Shown here piece after piece: positions 1 through 10,197 of a stretch of 64,000 nucleotides of DNA. Position numbers and translations under genes: made by a program. The notes under the pieces are model-generated. The model was not told the origin of the DNA. It made no database searches and saw only the letters and a program-made list of their open reading frames with translations. The stretch's first letter is position 1. Each line of letters begins with the position of its first letter. The DNA is from an uncultured virus (IMG/VR IMGVR_UViG_3300042505_000848) (lineage: Duplodnaviria > Heunggongvirae > Uroviricota > Caudoviricetes), in the IMG/VR virus record IMGVR_UViG_3300042505_000848. One strand, 5' to 3'.

Positions 1-881
1 GGAGTCAGTGTATAAGTTGGTTGGATGCTGCCACTAAAAGCCAGTAGATAGACCGGTCCTGTATAACTTGCTACTCCATCACCGATACCAGGATTGGTTT
101 GTCTTTCTCTCCCTGGACGCTGTTGTTGACTGTTGGCGTGGAAATCATTGCCCCAATAACTCCAAAATGTTTCTAATGGATTATTATTGCGCCATTGATC
201 ACCTTTACCTGACAGTAGATTGCCACTGTAAGAGCACAAGGCCTGAATGTCGTTGTCAGCCTCTCGATTGATACCCATTATGACAAACTTGTCCGGAAGG
301 TCTCCGTCGTTGTCTCTAAACCCTGAGCCGCCGTTGCTGGTCAATAAACCAGAATATCCATTTGCGCCAGCAGTGAAATTGGTAACGGCTGGGCTCCCAT
401 ATACTGTGTCGTTGGTGTGAAATGGAGTGTTGGTTTGAAGATAATAATCTAAACGTCTAATAATATCGTAGATGGTTTCTGAACCTGTACTGGACACTAG
501 ATCGTATATCAAATAGTTGGTGTTAGAAGTGGGATCTGATAATGTGCCAGAACCATCTACCAAGGCTATTTTTGTAATGCCAGTTTTAAGGAAAAAGTTA
601 GCATAAACACCACCACCGTCGCCAAATGCTGTGCGAGTAATCGCACCAGAAGATTGGAAGTTGGCTTCTCGGAATCCGGTGGTTCCAATACGGGCAAAAG
701 GATCACTTAAGGTTTCACTAGTTTTTAATCCGGTGGTGGCCATAAGGATTTGCCAACCTGAGGTGACTATGCCGCTGGTATCTACGTCGGGTGTAAAAGT
801 AGTTGGCGGAGCCAATCCATCGCCACCTCCACCGCCTCCACCGCTGGTGGTGCTGATTAATAATATTTGTGATATGGGCAT
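1..881 (-). CDS. Probable virion structural protein; 3' end lies outside the window (MPISQILLISTTSGGGGGGGDGLAPP...)
   Basis: Not in the ORF track. I translated it by hand from ATG 881; it stays open to position 1. TAAGGA SD overlaps the stop of the upstream fibre gene; Gly/Thr/Ser-rich; co-oriented with the tail genes. Confidence 0.75.
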   Translation of the reverse strand, partial: MPISQILLISTTSGGGGGGGDGLAPPTTFTPDVDTSGIVTSGWQILMATTGLKTSETLSDPFARIGTTGFREANFQSSGAITRTAFGDGGGVYANFFLKTGITKIALVDGSGTLSDPTSNTNYLIYDLVSSTGSETIYDIIRRLDYYLQTNTPFHTNDTVYGSPAVTNFTAGANGYSGLLTSNGGSGFRDNDGDLPDKFVIMGINREADNDIQALCSYSGNLLSGKGDQWRNNNPLETFWSYWGNDFHANSQQQRPGRERQTNPGIGDGVASYTGPVYLLAFSGSIQPTYTLT

Positions 882-890
882 CTCGTTTCC

Positions 891-3800
891 TTAATCTGGT
901 CCAACATTGCCGGCCAACACCCACGAGTCTGTGTCAATCTTTAACAGCGTGGCCATACCGTACTCAGATACTAGGAAAGTTCCACCGTTTGAGTAATTAT
1001 CATCACCGGGAATCATCACTTGTATACTGCCGCCTTCTGTGTTGATAGCCACACTATCACCTCGAGGATTCACAATGGTAATCACAGTGCCTATGGGGAA
1101 CTCTACGCGACTATTGTAGGGGATACGAATGCTTTCGATATCGTCGGTACAGAGAATGTGATGTCCGCGATCCACCATACCTAGCGTATAATCTACACCA
1201 TTGAACAGTCTCTGCGGAACATCTGTAGCACTGGTACTCTGTTTGGTACCATCGGCAAACACAATGTTGCCGCCGTCTGTGTCACGCACAATTTCTACGA
1301 CCATTGGTGGATAGTAACCAAAAACATCATAGTCGCTGGTGTTGTTGGTGGTTACAGTCACTGTGGCTGTGGTTTTGATCAATGGATCACTGCTGTCGTT
1401 TAATAGGCCAGCATAATTGTTCACACCTGCTATATCAACAACATCAATAGCGTAGTTGAAATCGGCGCCCCAGTAGTTGGTCTCTGTATTAACATCTGTG
1501 TAGCAGAACTGTCCATACTCGCCTGTGCCCGAGCCGTCTAGAGGCAAGCGAGCAGCCCAAGCCCAATTATCATCATCGGTGCTATTACGTCCCGTGATAT
1601 AGAAACTGTTAGCGTCTGTGACTAGACACTCACCAGAACTGCCAATGTAAGCACTATAGTCAATGTTAGGAGACAGCCAACGCTTCCACACAGTTTCTCC
1701 TGCGGGTGTTAGTAGGAATATTTTAATAGCATAGTCTTCGTCTGTGGTGATAGTCTCTGAACTGTCATCTTCAACCGCTACCAATAGATTTCCGTCTGGT
1801 GTGCGGGCAATGGTTATATCCTGACCATCAGTGCGTCTCTGCCATTTGACTGTGCCTGTGCTGTCTAACTTGCTGACAAAAGAATCACCGCTGTCGTTTT
1901 CGTCTACAACATATATGTCTGTGCCAATGGTCACTACACTATGTCCTTCGTGATCGTCGTTTCCAGCGTTGAGTTGACGAGCCCACTGTAGTGTACCTGC
2001 GCTGTTGAACTTGTAAACCACCGATAGATCATCAAAATTGTTAGCTGCCAATTCTCCATATCCACCGCCTACCGCAATGATATTGTCTTGACTGTCCACT
2101 GTCAGTGTAATTATTTCATCATACTTATCTTTTGCTGTGCCAAATGTGCGCTGCCAAGTAGGAGTAATCAGCACACAGTCATTGTCTCGTGAGTAGGTCA
2201 CTGACCAACTACCGTCAGCAGTAAAGTCAACCTGTGCAGTTGTTTCTATCTTCCAAGTTGTTGATTGACTTGTACCTGACACATTGTCGATGTAAAACTC
2301 GTTTTGGCCAACGAAGAGATTAACTGTTAGGTCGTTAGCGGGACTTGTTCCGCCTAGGCTTGTTCCAGGAACAACAACAACATCACCGTTGACATAGTTA
2401 CTACCGTTGGCGGTAATTACACGACTACCGTCTTGATTGCTGTAATCGTTGTCAAAGAACGGTCCTTGTATTGTAAAGATAAATCCAGAACCTACTTCAA
2501 AGTTAGTGCCTGATACTTCAGTATCAGTTGCCACTGTGGTTCCAGCGGCTGTTCCTGTATGAGTCACATTGTTAATGACACCACCGCCTAGCGTACCCCC
2601 TACTGTAATGATGATATCGTTGTCCGGTGTTGCTCCAGGTACGCCAACTAAACTTGTACCTAAAATCTTGATCTTGTGCCCTGCTAGATAGTCTGTACCA
2701 CCACTAACAACCGAAACACTATAAGTACCATCACCGTTGTTGGTGATGTCAAATGTAGCACCTGAACCTTCTCGTGTTGTACCAGTCAATCCAGTGTAGC
2801 GTTCCGAAAAGTTAACACTTTGGAACGGTGAAATACCAGTTCCGCCAATCTGCCAGTTGTCATTGATATACTCAACTTCTGGAACAGCACTTCTTAAAAT
2901 CACAATAGTGCCTACACCGCTGCCTGTTTGTGGGACTACAGGAAACTCAGCACTGAACTCGCCCATTTTTCTACCACCTATCACATAGGCTCCGTCGCTG
3001 GTCCAGGCAATGGTGTTTAGTTCAACATCGCCGTCACTGTCTTTGAATTCTGTAACATTTAAAAGACGACCAGTATCTTGATCTAAAGTAAACAATATGC
3101 TGTAAGTATAGGTGTCAAAAACATAACCCAACCCCATGATGTTGCCTGTGACGGGATGAATTTTGAGGCTGGTTAACTCACCATTGTCGCCATTGTCATC
3201 TTCAAAAACTCTAACACTCCATAGTCTATCGCCTTCAGGACTGATCTTCATTACGAATGCATGGTCGTCGTCATCTTCGTCGCCACCTATATAACTGTAG
3301 CCCTGTGAGTCAACTGCAACGCAATCGCCTTCGATGTGATTATTAGAATCGCGACTGTCTAGACCAATAAACCAACCTACCTGCGTCTGTGTCAGTTTAA
3401 GGTCACCATCGTTGGGAATTGTCAGCGTACCGTCAGCACCAAATGTATAAGCGTAAGTTTCACTCTTGACAATGTTGTTGGCCACAGTGGTGTCAGCGTC
3501 TGGTACCAGTGTGGAATTTGTTGCGGTAATAGTTTCATCCCAGTTTTCATGAGTTAGAGGACTGTCGCTGGTAGTGTGGGTGACAAAGCGAGCCGGCACA
3601 CGACTTTCTGTGAAACTTAAATCACCAATGGTCAAGTCAGTGCCTGCTGTGGGCAACTGTACCACAAAGTAATCGTATTCGTCGTCTGCTGAACTGCCAT
3701 TTCGAAACGGTGTGGCATTCCAACTGTATCCGTATCCGTCTACGGCAAACTTGTCACCGAATACTGCTATGGCCTGACCGCGGCCTCCTTCTGGACTATC

Positions 3801-5072
3801 GGGTTCCTCTTCTTCTAGGTGGGCCACATCAACATAGCGTTGCCAAACCACCGCACCCTGTGTGTCATAGCGAACCACGATCATCTTGTTCTGTCCAAGA
3901 TTTTCTCGGCCATTTTCTGAAACATCAGGTAGTGGGCCTGTTTTCTTGGCAAATGTCAAGGATGATAGATAAACATCGCCTGTGGCAGTGGCTGTCAATC
4001 CCGCGATCCAACTGCCGCAAGGTCCTGGGCCAAGTCTGCGTGTCCACTGTACCACACCACTTGAGTTCAGTTTGGTCAATATACCAGCAGACGCTTCTGG
4101 AGTGTTATTGATATCACTGTTTGTAGTTTTAACTTCATAGGCACCTACCGCATAGATATTGCCCAGTGCGTCACTGGCACAGTCACCGCCGTACATGTCA
4201 TAGGTGTCGGGTGCTTCTAGACTCTTGCTCCATACAGGCTCTAGATCCTCGTCTAGTTTTTCAATGAACATCTTGTTAACACCGGCATTGGTGTCGTGGT
4301 AATAACCAGTGACAAAAACATTCTCATCAGGGTCAACATCGATACCTGTAACAACTACAAGGTCTGTTACGGGCAACTGTAAGGATTTTTTCAACAGCAC
4401 TGAGCCATCAGTGATGCTGATTTCCATTATTAATACTGCGCTAGGTCCTGGACCACCTTCACCCACTGAAAAGGCCAAGGCCAATGTGGTAGTGCTCTTT
4501 TCTTCAATGTAGCCTAGGAAGGACGAAATCTGTCCAATGACATATTCTTTCTTCCAACCCAAAGTGCCCGTGGATTCAAACTGCATCACGATAACATCAG
4601 AACTTTCATCGCCTGCGTTAAGAGTAATGTAAGCACGATCCGAACTGTCTATGGCCAATGCTATTGGATAATACTCACTGAATGATTTTTGCCAGGCTAC
4701 GGCACCAGCGGCTGTGTATTTGGTAAGAACTGCTATGGGGTAACTGTCATTATCTTCATAAGTTTGAGTCAATGAGTAAAGATTACCCAGGCTGTCATAG
4801 CGCAGAGCACGGGGGTTAGTGTCACCTTCTTGGCTACGCTGTGTGGCGATCCAATGCTCTGTTGAGCCTGCTGTGACCACAACATTGCCCTCGGCAGTAA
4901 GAGTAGCACCATCGCCCCCACCATAACTCAACTGTGACCAAGTACTGGTACCATTACCATACTTGACCTTGCCAGTATCTGTTTCTAATCCTGGTTCGCC
5001 GGCGGCTAGTACGGGATTAGTTTGTGTCCAGTTGGCCGCAGTGTCACGGCGTAGTTTGATTCTTGTTGTCAT
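891..5072 (-). CDS. Tail fibre / receptor-binding protein with an Mtd-N-terminal-like anchor and multiple beta-propeller blades
   Basis: N-terminus IKLRRDTAANWTQTNPVLAAGEPGLETDTGKVKYGNG is the Mtd-N/hyaluronidase-type fibre anchor. Repeated K(L/F)xxxGxxxW(Q/T)R blades; acidic, Gly/Thr-rich; 1393 aa. Confidence 0.8.
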   Translation of the reverse strand: MTTRIKLRRDTAANWTQTNPVLAAGEPGLETDTGKVKYGNGTSTWSQLSYGGGDGATLTAEGNVVVTAGSTEHWIATQRSQEGDTNPRALRYDSLGNLYSLTQTYEDNDSYPIAVLTKYTAAGAVAWQKSFSEYYPIALAIDSSDRAYITLNAGDESSDVIVMQFESTGTLGWKKEYVIGQISSFLGYIEEKSTTTLALAFSVGEGGPGPSAVLIMEISITDGSVLLKKSLQLPVTDLVVVTGIDVDPDENVFVTGYYHDTNAGVNKMFIEKLDEDLEPVWSKSLEAPDTYDMYGGDCASDALGNIYAVGAYEVKTTNSDINNTPEASAGILTKLNSSGVVQWTRRLGPGPCGSWIAGLTATATGDVYLSSLTFAKKTGPLPDVSENGRENLGQNKMIVVRYDTQGAVVWQRYVDVAHLEEEEPDSPEGGRGQAIAVFGDKFAVDGYGYSWNATPFRNGSSADDEYDYFVVQLPTAGTDLTIGDLSFTESRVPARFVTHTTSDSPLTHENWDETITATNSTLVPDADTTVANNIVKSETYAYTFGADGTLTIPNDGDLKLTQTQVGWFIGLDSRDSNNHIEGDCVAVDSQGYSYIGGDEDDDDHAFVMKISPEGDRLWSVRVFEDDNGDNGELTSLKIHPVTGNIMGLGYVFDTYTYSILFTLDQDTGRLLNVTEFKDSDGDVELNTIAWTSDGAYVIGGRKMGEFSAEFPVVPQTGSGVGTIVILRSAVPEVEYINDNWQIGGTGISPFQSVNFSERYTGLTGTTREGSGATFDITNNGDGTYSVSVVSGGTDYLAGHKIKILGTSLVGVPGATPDNDIIITVGGTLGGGVINNVTHTGTAAGTTVATDTEVSGTNFEVGSGFIFTIQGPFFDNDYSNQDGSRVITANGSNYVNGDVVVVPGTSLGGTSPANDLTVNLFVGQNEFYIDNVSGTSQSTTWKIETTAQVDFTADGSWSVTYSRDNDCVLITPTWQRTFGTAKDKYDEIITLTVDSQDNIIAVGGGYGELAANNFDDLSVVYKFNSAGTLQWARQLNAGNDDHEGHSVVTIGTDIYVVDENDSGDSFVSKLDSTGTVKWQRRTDGQDITIARTPDGNLLVAVEDDSSETITTDEDYAIKIFLLTPAGETVWKRWLSPNIDYSAYIGSSGECLVTDANSFYITGRNSTDDDNWAWAARLPLDGSGTGEYGQFCYTDVNTETNYWGADFNYAIDVVDIAGVNNYAGLLNDSSDPLIKTTATVTVTTNNTSDYDVFGYYPPMVVEIVRDTDGGNIVFADGTKQSTSATDVPQRLFNGVDYTLGMVDRGHHILCTDDIESIRIPYNSRVEFPIGTVITIVNPRGDSVAINTEGGSIQVMIPGDDNYSNGGTFLVSEYGMATLLKIDTDSWVLAGNVGPD

Positions 5073-5075
5073 TGT

Positions 5076-5282
5076 TTATGCTCCGTTGCCACCGTCGATG
5101 GTGTTGTCTAAATTGTCGTTGTAGGTTTGATCAGCAAACCCGCCCTCTGCTACATACTGTGCTCTACCTGCTAGCCAAGGAACTAATGTGCTCCAAATGC
5201 TGCCGGTCCATTGATAGGTCACAGCGTTGTCACCTACGTATTCTTGCCCTAGTGTGGGCTCTGTTGGAAATGTTATTGCCAT
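5076..5282 (-). CDS. Small virion-associated protein (68 aa)
   Basis: MAITFPTEPTLGQEY...TYQWTGSIW is a module typical of phage fibre accessory proteins; AGGA SD; lies between fibre genes. Confidence 0.65.
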   Translation of the reverse strand: MAITFPTEPTLGQEYVGDNAVTYQWTGSIWSTLVPWLAGRAQYVAEGGFADQTYNDNLDNTIDGGNGA

Positions 5283-5307
5283 TTTTGTGTCCTATTCATA
5301 TTTATCG

Positions 5308-8300
5308 TTAAACCTTAGTGTAGCCATAGTAGACTGTAACTGATGATCCGCTGGTGTTGGCAATAGTAAAATCAAATCTATTGCTGGTTGATCCTACATA
5401 GGTAGCGTCTGTACTGATTGTACCTGCAGTACCTCTGATCTGATCAGGTATAGCTGTTAGCAATATAGGTGATCCGCCGCCTGTATAGTTCCACGCATAC
5501 TGATATCCTATTGCTGGCACATTAGTATTTGTTATGCTTAATGTAGCATTCCAAGTAATAATGCCATTAGGAATATTTCCCTTAACCCACAAGGTGTAAG
5601 TGCCGTCTGACGGAACTGTGAAATTGTAGGTGTTAGTACCTGTGGTAACAGTCCATGATCCTTCTACACGCTGGGCTGTTTGACTAACGCCTGTACTGTT
5701 TACAATGTCGCCGGGAATATTTAAATTACCATCCTCACCAAATGTCCATCTACGTAGAGTACTATCACTTAAGTTAATCTCGATATCAATGTTGCCTTCA
5801 CTCTTAATATCACCAGGAATAGTTAAATTACCATCTGTGTCAAACTCCCAAACTTGATTAGTTTCACTAGGTGTAGTAATTTGTATATTACCATTAGTAG
5901 TAGTACGCACATTGTGATCGTCTGTGCCCAGAAAGATACTGGTCACTGACAAATCACCTGTGGTCAAGTGTAGGTGGTGCTCGCCTTCGAAAGTAGGAGA
6001 GCCACTGTTAATCAGTACTGATTCAGCACCCACATTCGCAGGGTCGTAGTTATCCTCTTCGGGCGATACCCGAACTCTAAATTCATAAGCATCACTGGTC
6101 AAGGTAAAAGTAAAATTGCCTTCACCAAATTCATCTAATACAACTGTGCCTGTACTAGGAGTAGATAGGCCAACACCCTCTGGATAGATCCACCAGTAGA
6201 GTGTTTGTCCACCTCTGGTCGGTGCGTCTACATACACATAGTCCACATTGCCCTCTGTCCAAGTGTTGCTAGGGACAGTTAATGTAATACCGTTTTCTGT
6301 ATTTGAAAATGTGCCGCCGCCTTTGATCACCAACTTCTGGCTAGCCACTGCTGGCGTTGCTGGAGTTAGTTGAATAGTTGGATTGCTGGTAACAACGCCT
6401 TCTGAGATCGTGCCACCTTGTGGCAATGTTAATGTGCCTGTTGATTCTAACACTAGTTCGTTAGCACCGTTGGTCAATCTGTCGTCACCACCAACATTAC
6501 CGTAGTATAGCGTACCAATTAGGTCACTGGTAAGATCATATTCTGGATCAAAATCAGTTATGGTAAACTCGTTGATGTAGTCACTGTCTGTTTTGGCAGC
6601 GTCAACCACTGTGATATCGCTGGCGTCGGCGTCTAATGTTCCGCTGAATCCAGAAGGAGTAAATTCATAGTTGCCCACTGCGAATATTGTTCCAGCACTG
6701 TCAACCTGTGCTACAAGAGCGTTAGGTTGAATTTCGGGGAAATTTTCTATGTCTCCAAATCCACCGCCCACTGCCACATAGCCATTCCTCACTGCTAGGT
6801 TGCTGCCGCCGCCTAGTTGGACAAAAAAGCCACCGGCAAACATCGACGAGGTTGTATTGGTCAGCAATCTTTGCCATTCCACTCCACCGTCCGTGTCATA
6901 CTTGGCGAGGACCATTTTAGTAGTTTCTTCGTTGGCAGAGACGGTTATTCCTGATAGGTATAGGTAGTTGTCTGGACCAACTACAATGCTGGTAGCAAAA
7001 TCTGAACAGGTACCTATTAACTTGCGAGTCCATTGTTTAACACCTGAACTGTTAAACTTGATTATGATCATGGCCTGGAACTCCTGACCATTGTTATCAT
7101 AATAAAAATTTCCGCAAACGTAAATGTTGCCCGCACTGTCTATGTCAGCATCTGCTCCTTTACAGTCGTAGCCTTCTTCAACTGTCACAGACTTTTGCCA
7201 TGCTATTGTGCCATCACTGAGATACTTGACAACCAGCATTTGATCGTCAGTATCCTCTCCCAGTTGAGCCATATAACCTACACTGACTACTTCACCAGTT
7301 GGACCAACTGCCATACCATAGGCTTCTTCATTACCTTGTCCGTCAAGTGCTCTTGACCAAGTGACTGTGCCATCTGCCGCGTTGATTTTAGTGGTGACTA
7401 CTTGATTATCTGTGTCGCTATCGGCATAACCAACTATAATAGGACTGCCATCTGATGCTACATCAACAACTGTGTTAAAGTTTTCATAGCCAACATCGTA
7501 GGACTTGCTCCAGTTTATACTGCCATCTTCAGTGTCAAGTTTAGTTAATGTGGCAATATTGTATGCGCCAATGCCCTCCCCGATTGCCCATCCAGCAACA
7601 TAGATATGGCCGCTGTCGTTGTCCACAGCCAAGCCCCAACCGTTGGTGAATTCTGCACCCTTAAAAATCATGCTCCATACTTGTGTGCCATTGGGGTTAA
7701 ATCTAGCCACGCTGCTGTATGATCCGGTGTAGCCCCCACCTGTATCCTCGCTGTGAACGATCAAGGCAACAACATCACCGTTGGCCAAATATTCAACACT
7801 CATAGCCAATGCCGGTACATCGGCCGCGCCTAATGATGTTTCAAATTCCTGTATCCAAATATTGCTATTACCGCTGTCTAATACACTATTACCGTTGCTG
7901 TCAAGTATGTCACCACCTACTGGTAGTGTTAGATTTCCATCCTCACCAAAACTCCATCTTCGCAGTGTTGAGTCACTTAGGTTGATGTCAATGTTGATGT
8001 TGCCTTCACTAAGAATATCGCCTGGGACAGTTAAATTACCATCTTTACCAAAACTCCAAAGATTTGTCGCATCTGTACCAATCTGTACACCCACGTTGGT
8101 CAAAGTTGAATCATAGGGTAACTTGACATAGTTAAAGTCATCACCAAAGAATAGATCCACAGTGGTAGGGTCATCACGCATGATGTGGAAATGACTTGAT
8201 TGGGTAGGAACACATTGTTCAGGAGTATTACCAAACAATACGGTACCACGGTCTGTGGTCAATGCGATACCTTGGGTACTATCACTGCCTCCGATCTGTT

Positions 8301-10185
8301 GTCCACCGGGTAATGTTAAAGTACCATTGTCTAAAAATGTCCAACCTTGACTGTTTATGCCAATTTGGACTCCGTATGTATCGTCTTCGTTTTCAATTGG
8401 TGTAAGGTTAAAATAGTTTTGTTCAGTGTTGGTGTTGCGTACTAGTAACTGCCCAAACTCTCCAAAGAATACTGTCCAGTTATTGTTGATTAACCTATCA
8501 GAGTATGCTGAAGTTTGAACTGTAGCGTCTGGGAATGTAATTGAATTAACATCAAGGTCAGTGTCAGGCAGGGGTTGAACTAAAGGTGCCGCATCAACCC
8601 AAACATCGCTGTACTTGATATAGAGTCTGCCTTCTACAGTATTGAACCATAAGGTACCATTGTCTGCTGTGGGTGCTGTGTCCTGACGAACTACGGTTGA
8701 ACTTCCACTACCGCCGGTGTAGGCTGTGGTCTGAACTGTGCCGTCTGGGAATGTTAGGTCACCATCTTCACCAAATCTCCATCTGTGTAGTGTGCTGTCT
8801 GTAAGGTTGATGTCAATGTTGATAGCACTTTCGCTACGGATATCGCCTGGTAGTTCTAGACCACCGTCGCCTCGGAAGGTCCATCTGTGTGTAACAACAT
8901 CTTCTTCATCATTGCCATCATTACTGCGATCATATGATATAATTCTTAGGCCACTGCGATCACTGTCTTGCCAGGCTAGTTGAATTCGACCTCGGTTTAG
9001 TTCTGTTTCATCATCTGGATTGCCGGTATAGGTTCTGATGATGCTGTGGTCTTCATTACTAGGCATATTGTACCAACGAACACTAGTGTTATCACCGTCG
9101 TTACCGTCTACGATAAGATGACCACCATCAACACCGCCAACAACAATATCTCCAGGAGCAGTTAAGTCGCCATCGTTATCGAATGTCCAAGTGTGAGCAT
9201 CTGTGCTGTATTTTGTAGCAATAGTAGCACCGTTGTTGTCAACCCATACCCATGAATCTTCATCCTTACCTGCTGGGCTTGCTGGTCCTGCTGTGATACC
9301 AGCATAGTTGCCTGCTACGGTTTTTAGTGTAGCACCGTTGATAATGCTACCATCTGGCAATGCCACAACACCGCCATCGGTGACTTCCAGTACATACAGG
9401 TTGTTGAGTCCCTGGTTAGGATTTTCATTGTACAGTTTGCTGGTGGTAATCTTTCCATCATCTAATGAGTCAGTAAAGCCTTCACCAAAGTCTGTGATAG
9501 ATAATCCGCCACCACCTAGTACACTAGCACCTGTGCTGTCTACAATGTCACCGCCTGGAGGTAGTCGTAGTCTTGTGGTGTCATCAACGAATTCAAATTT
9601 AAAATCACCGCCACCATCAATTCCAATTTCTGCTAGGCCATTGCTTGGATCTAGTCTAAAGTAGGCTCGAACAACATCGTTGTCGTCTTTGGATTCAAGT
9701 TGGAAAACTGCGCCTGGGTCCGCAATGATCTTGTTGTTCGCAAATGTGATATCACCAGTGTTAGCATTGCCGCCTGTAACCACATCTCCGTCAATAATCA
9801 GTTGACCTTGATCAGTAATACTTAATGGAATACCCCCAATAAAAATTGTGTTGGTACTAACATACAGGCTGCGCCAAGGCAATGTGCTTGAACCTAGATC
9901 GCCACCATTGGCAGTCTGCGGCAAAATATCTCCACCCACAGTCAAGTTGCTGGTTATGGTAGTTGCTTGATCGATAGTGATTGCTGAACTATCAGTAGTG
10001 CTCATCACACTGCCCGTAAACTCAAATGCTCCCAGGTTTAATCCGCTTCCGTCAACTAACCCTAATTTTGTATATAGATCAGTAAATCCTACATTGACTT
10101 TTTGGAACGCAGCTCGTAGGCTATCGCCCTTCTTGTCATTAGCTGTGAGGCCTACGCCTATTAATACATCTGTTAATTTTGCCAT
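5308..10185 (-). CDS. Large tail fibre / baseplate-attached protein (1625 aa) with repeated WxFxxDGxLxxP modules and a beta-propeller
   Basis: N-terminal ANDKKGDSLRAAFQKVN baseplate-type motif; three copies of a ~40-aa module; propeller blades; GGAG SD. Confidence 0.8.
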   Translation of the reverse strand: MAKLTDVLIGVGLTANDKKGDSLRAAFQKVNVGFTDLYTKLGLVDGSGLNLGAFEFTGSVMSTTDSSAITIDQATTITSNLTVGGDILPQTANGGDLGSSTLPWRSLYVSTNTIFIGGIPLSITDQGQLIIDGDVVTGGNANTGDITFANNKIIADPGAVFQLESKDDNDVVRAYFRLDPSNGLAEIGIDGGGDFKFEFVDDTTRLRLPPGGDIVDSTGASVLGGGGLSITDFGEGFTDSLDDGKITTSKLYNENPNQGLNNLYVLEVTDGGVVALPDGSIINGATLKTVAGNYAGITAGPASPAGKDEDSWVWVDNNGATIATKYSTDAHTWTFDNDGDLTAPGDIVVGGVDGGHLIVDGNDGDNTSVRWYNMPSNEDHSIIRTYTGNPDDETELNRGRIQLAWQDSDRSGLRIISYDRSNDGNDEEDVVTHRWTFRGDGGLELPGDIRSESAINIDINLTDSTLHRWRFGEDGDLTFPDGTVQTTAYTGGSGSSTVVRQDTAPTADNGTLWFNTVEGRLYIKYSDVWVDAAPLVQPLPDTDLDVNSITFPDATVQTSAYSDRLINNNWTVFFGEFGQLLVRNTNTEQNYFNLTPIENEDDTYGVQIGINSQGWTFLDNGTLTLPGGQQIGGSDSTQGIALTTDRGTVLFGNTPEQCVPTQSSHFHIMRDDPTTVDLFFGDDFNYVKLPYDSTLTNVGVQIGTDATNLWSFGKDGNLTVPGDILSEGNINIDINLSDSTLRRWSFGEDGNLTLPVGGDILDSNGNSVLDSGNSNIWIQEFETSLGAADVPALAMSVEYLANGDVVALIVHSEDTGGGYTGSYSSVARFNPNGTQVWSMIFKGAEFTNGWGLAVDNDSGHIYVAGWAIGEGIGAYNIATLTKLDTEDGSINWSKSYDVGYENFNTVVDVASDGSPIIVGYADSDTDNQVVTTKINAADGTVTWSRALDGQGNEEAYGMAVGPTGEVVSVGYMAQLGEDTDDQMLVVKYLSDGTIAWQKSVTVEEGYDCKGADADIDSAGNIYVCGNFYYDNNGQEFQAMIIIKFNSSGVKQWTRKLIGTCSDFATSIVVGPDNYLYLSGITVSANEETTKMVLAKYDTDGGVEWQRLLTNTTSSMFAGGFFVQLGGGSNLAVRNGYVAVGGGFGDIENFPEIQPNALVAQVDSAGTIFAVGNYEFTPSGFSGTLDADASDITVVDAAKTDSDYINEFTITDFDPEYDLTSDLIGTLYYGNVGGDDRLTNGANELVLESTGTLTLPQGGTISEGVVTSNPTIQLTPATPAVASQKLVIKGGGTFSNTENGITLTVPSNTWTEGNVDYVYVDAPTRGGQTLYWWIYPEGVGLSTPSTGTVVLDEFGEGNFTFTLTSDAYEFRVRVSPEEDNYDPANVGAESVLINSGSPTFEGEHHLHLTTGDLSVTSIFLGTDDHNVRTTTNGNIQITTPSETNQVWEFDTDGNLTIPGDIKSEGNIDIEINLSDSTLRRWTFGEDGNLNIPGDIVNSTGVSQTAQRVEGSWTVTTGTNTYNFTVPSDGTYTLWVKGNIPNGIITWNATLSITNTNVPAIGYQYAWNYTGGGSPILLTAIPDQIRGTAGTISTDATYVGSTSNRFDFTIANTSGSSVTVYYGYTKV
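5720..8885 (-). repeat. Three dispersed, diverged copies of a ~130-nt coding module (about 5720-5850, 7930-8060, 8755-8885)
   Basis: Each copy encodes W.F..DG.L..PGDI.SE..I.I.INL.DSTL.RW.FGEDG.L..P; nucleotide similarity is visible (ccatc.tcaccaaa..tccatct). Confidence 0.85.
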
Positions 10186-10197
10186 TTATCGCTCCAA

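Noticed and set aside
891..5072. Diversity-generating retroelement suggested by the Mtd-like N-terminus
   Set aside because: Only the anchor domain is Mtd-like. I found no reverse transcriptase and no template/variable repeat pair differing at adenines in the window.
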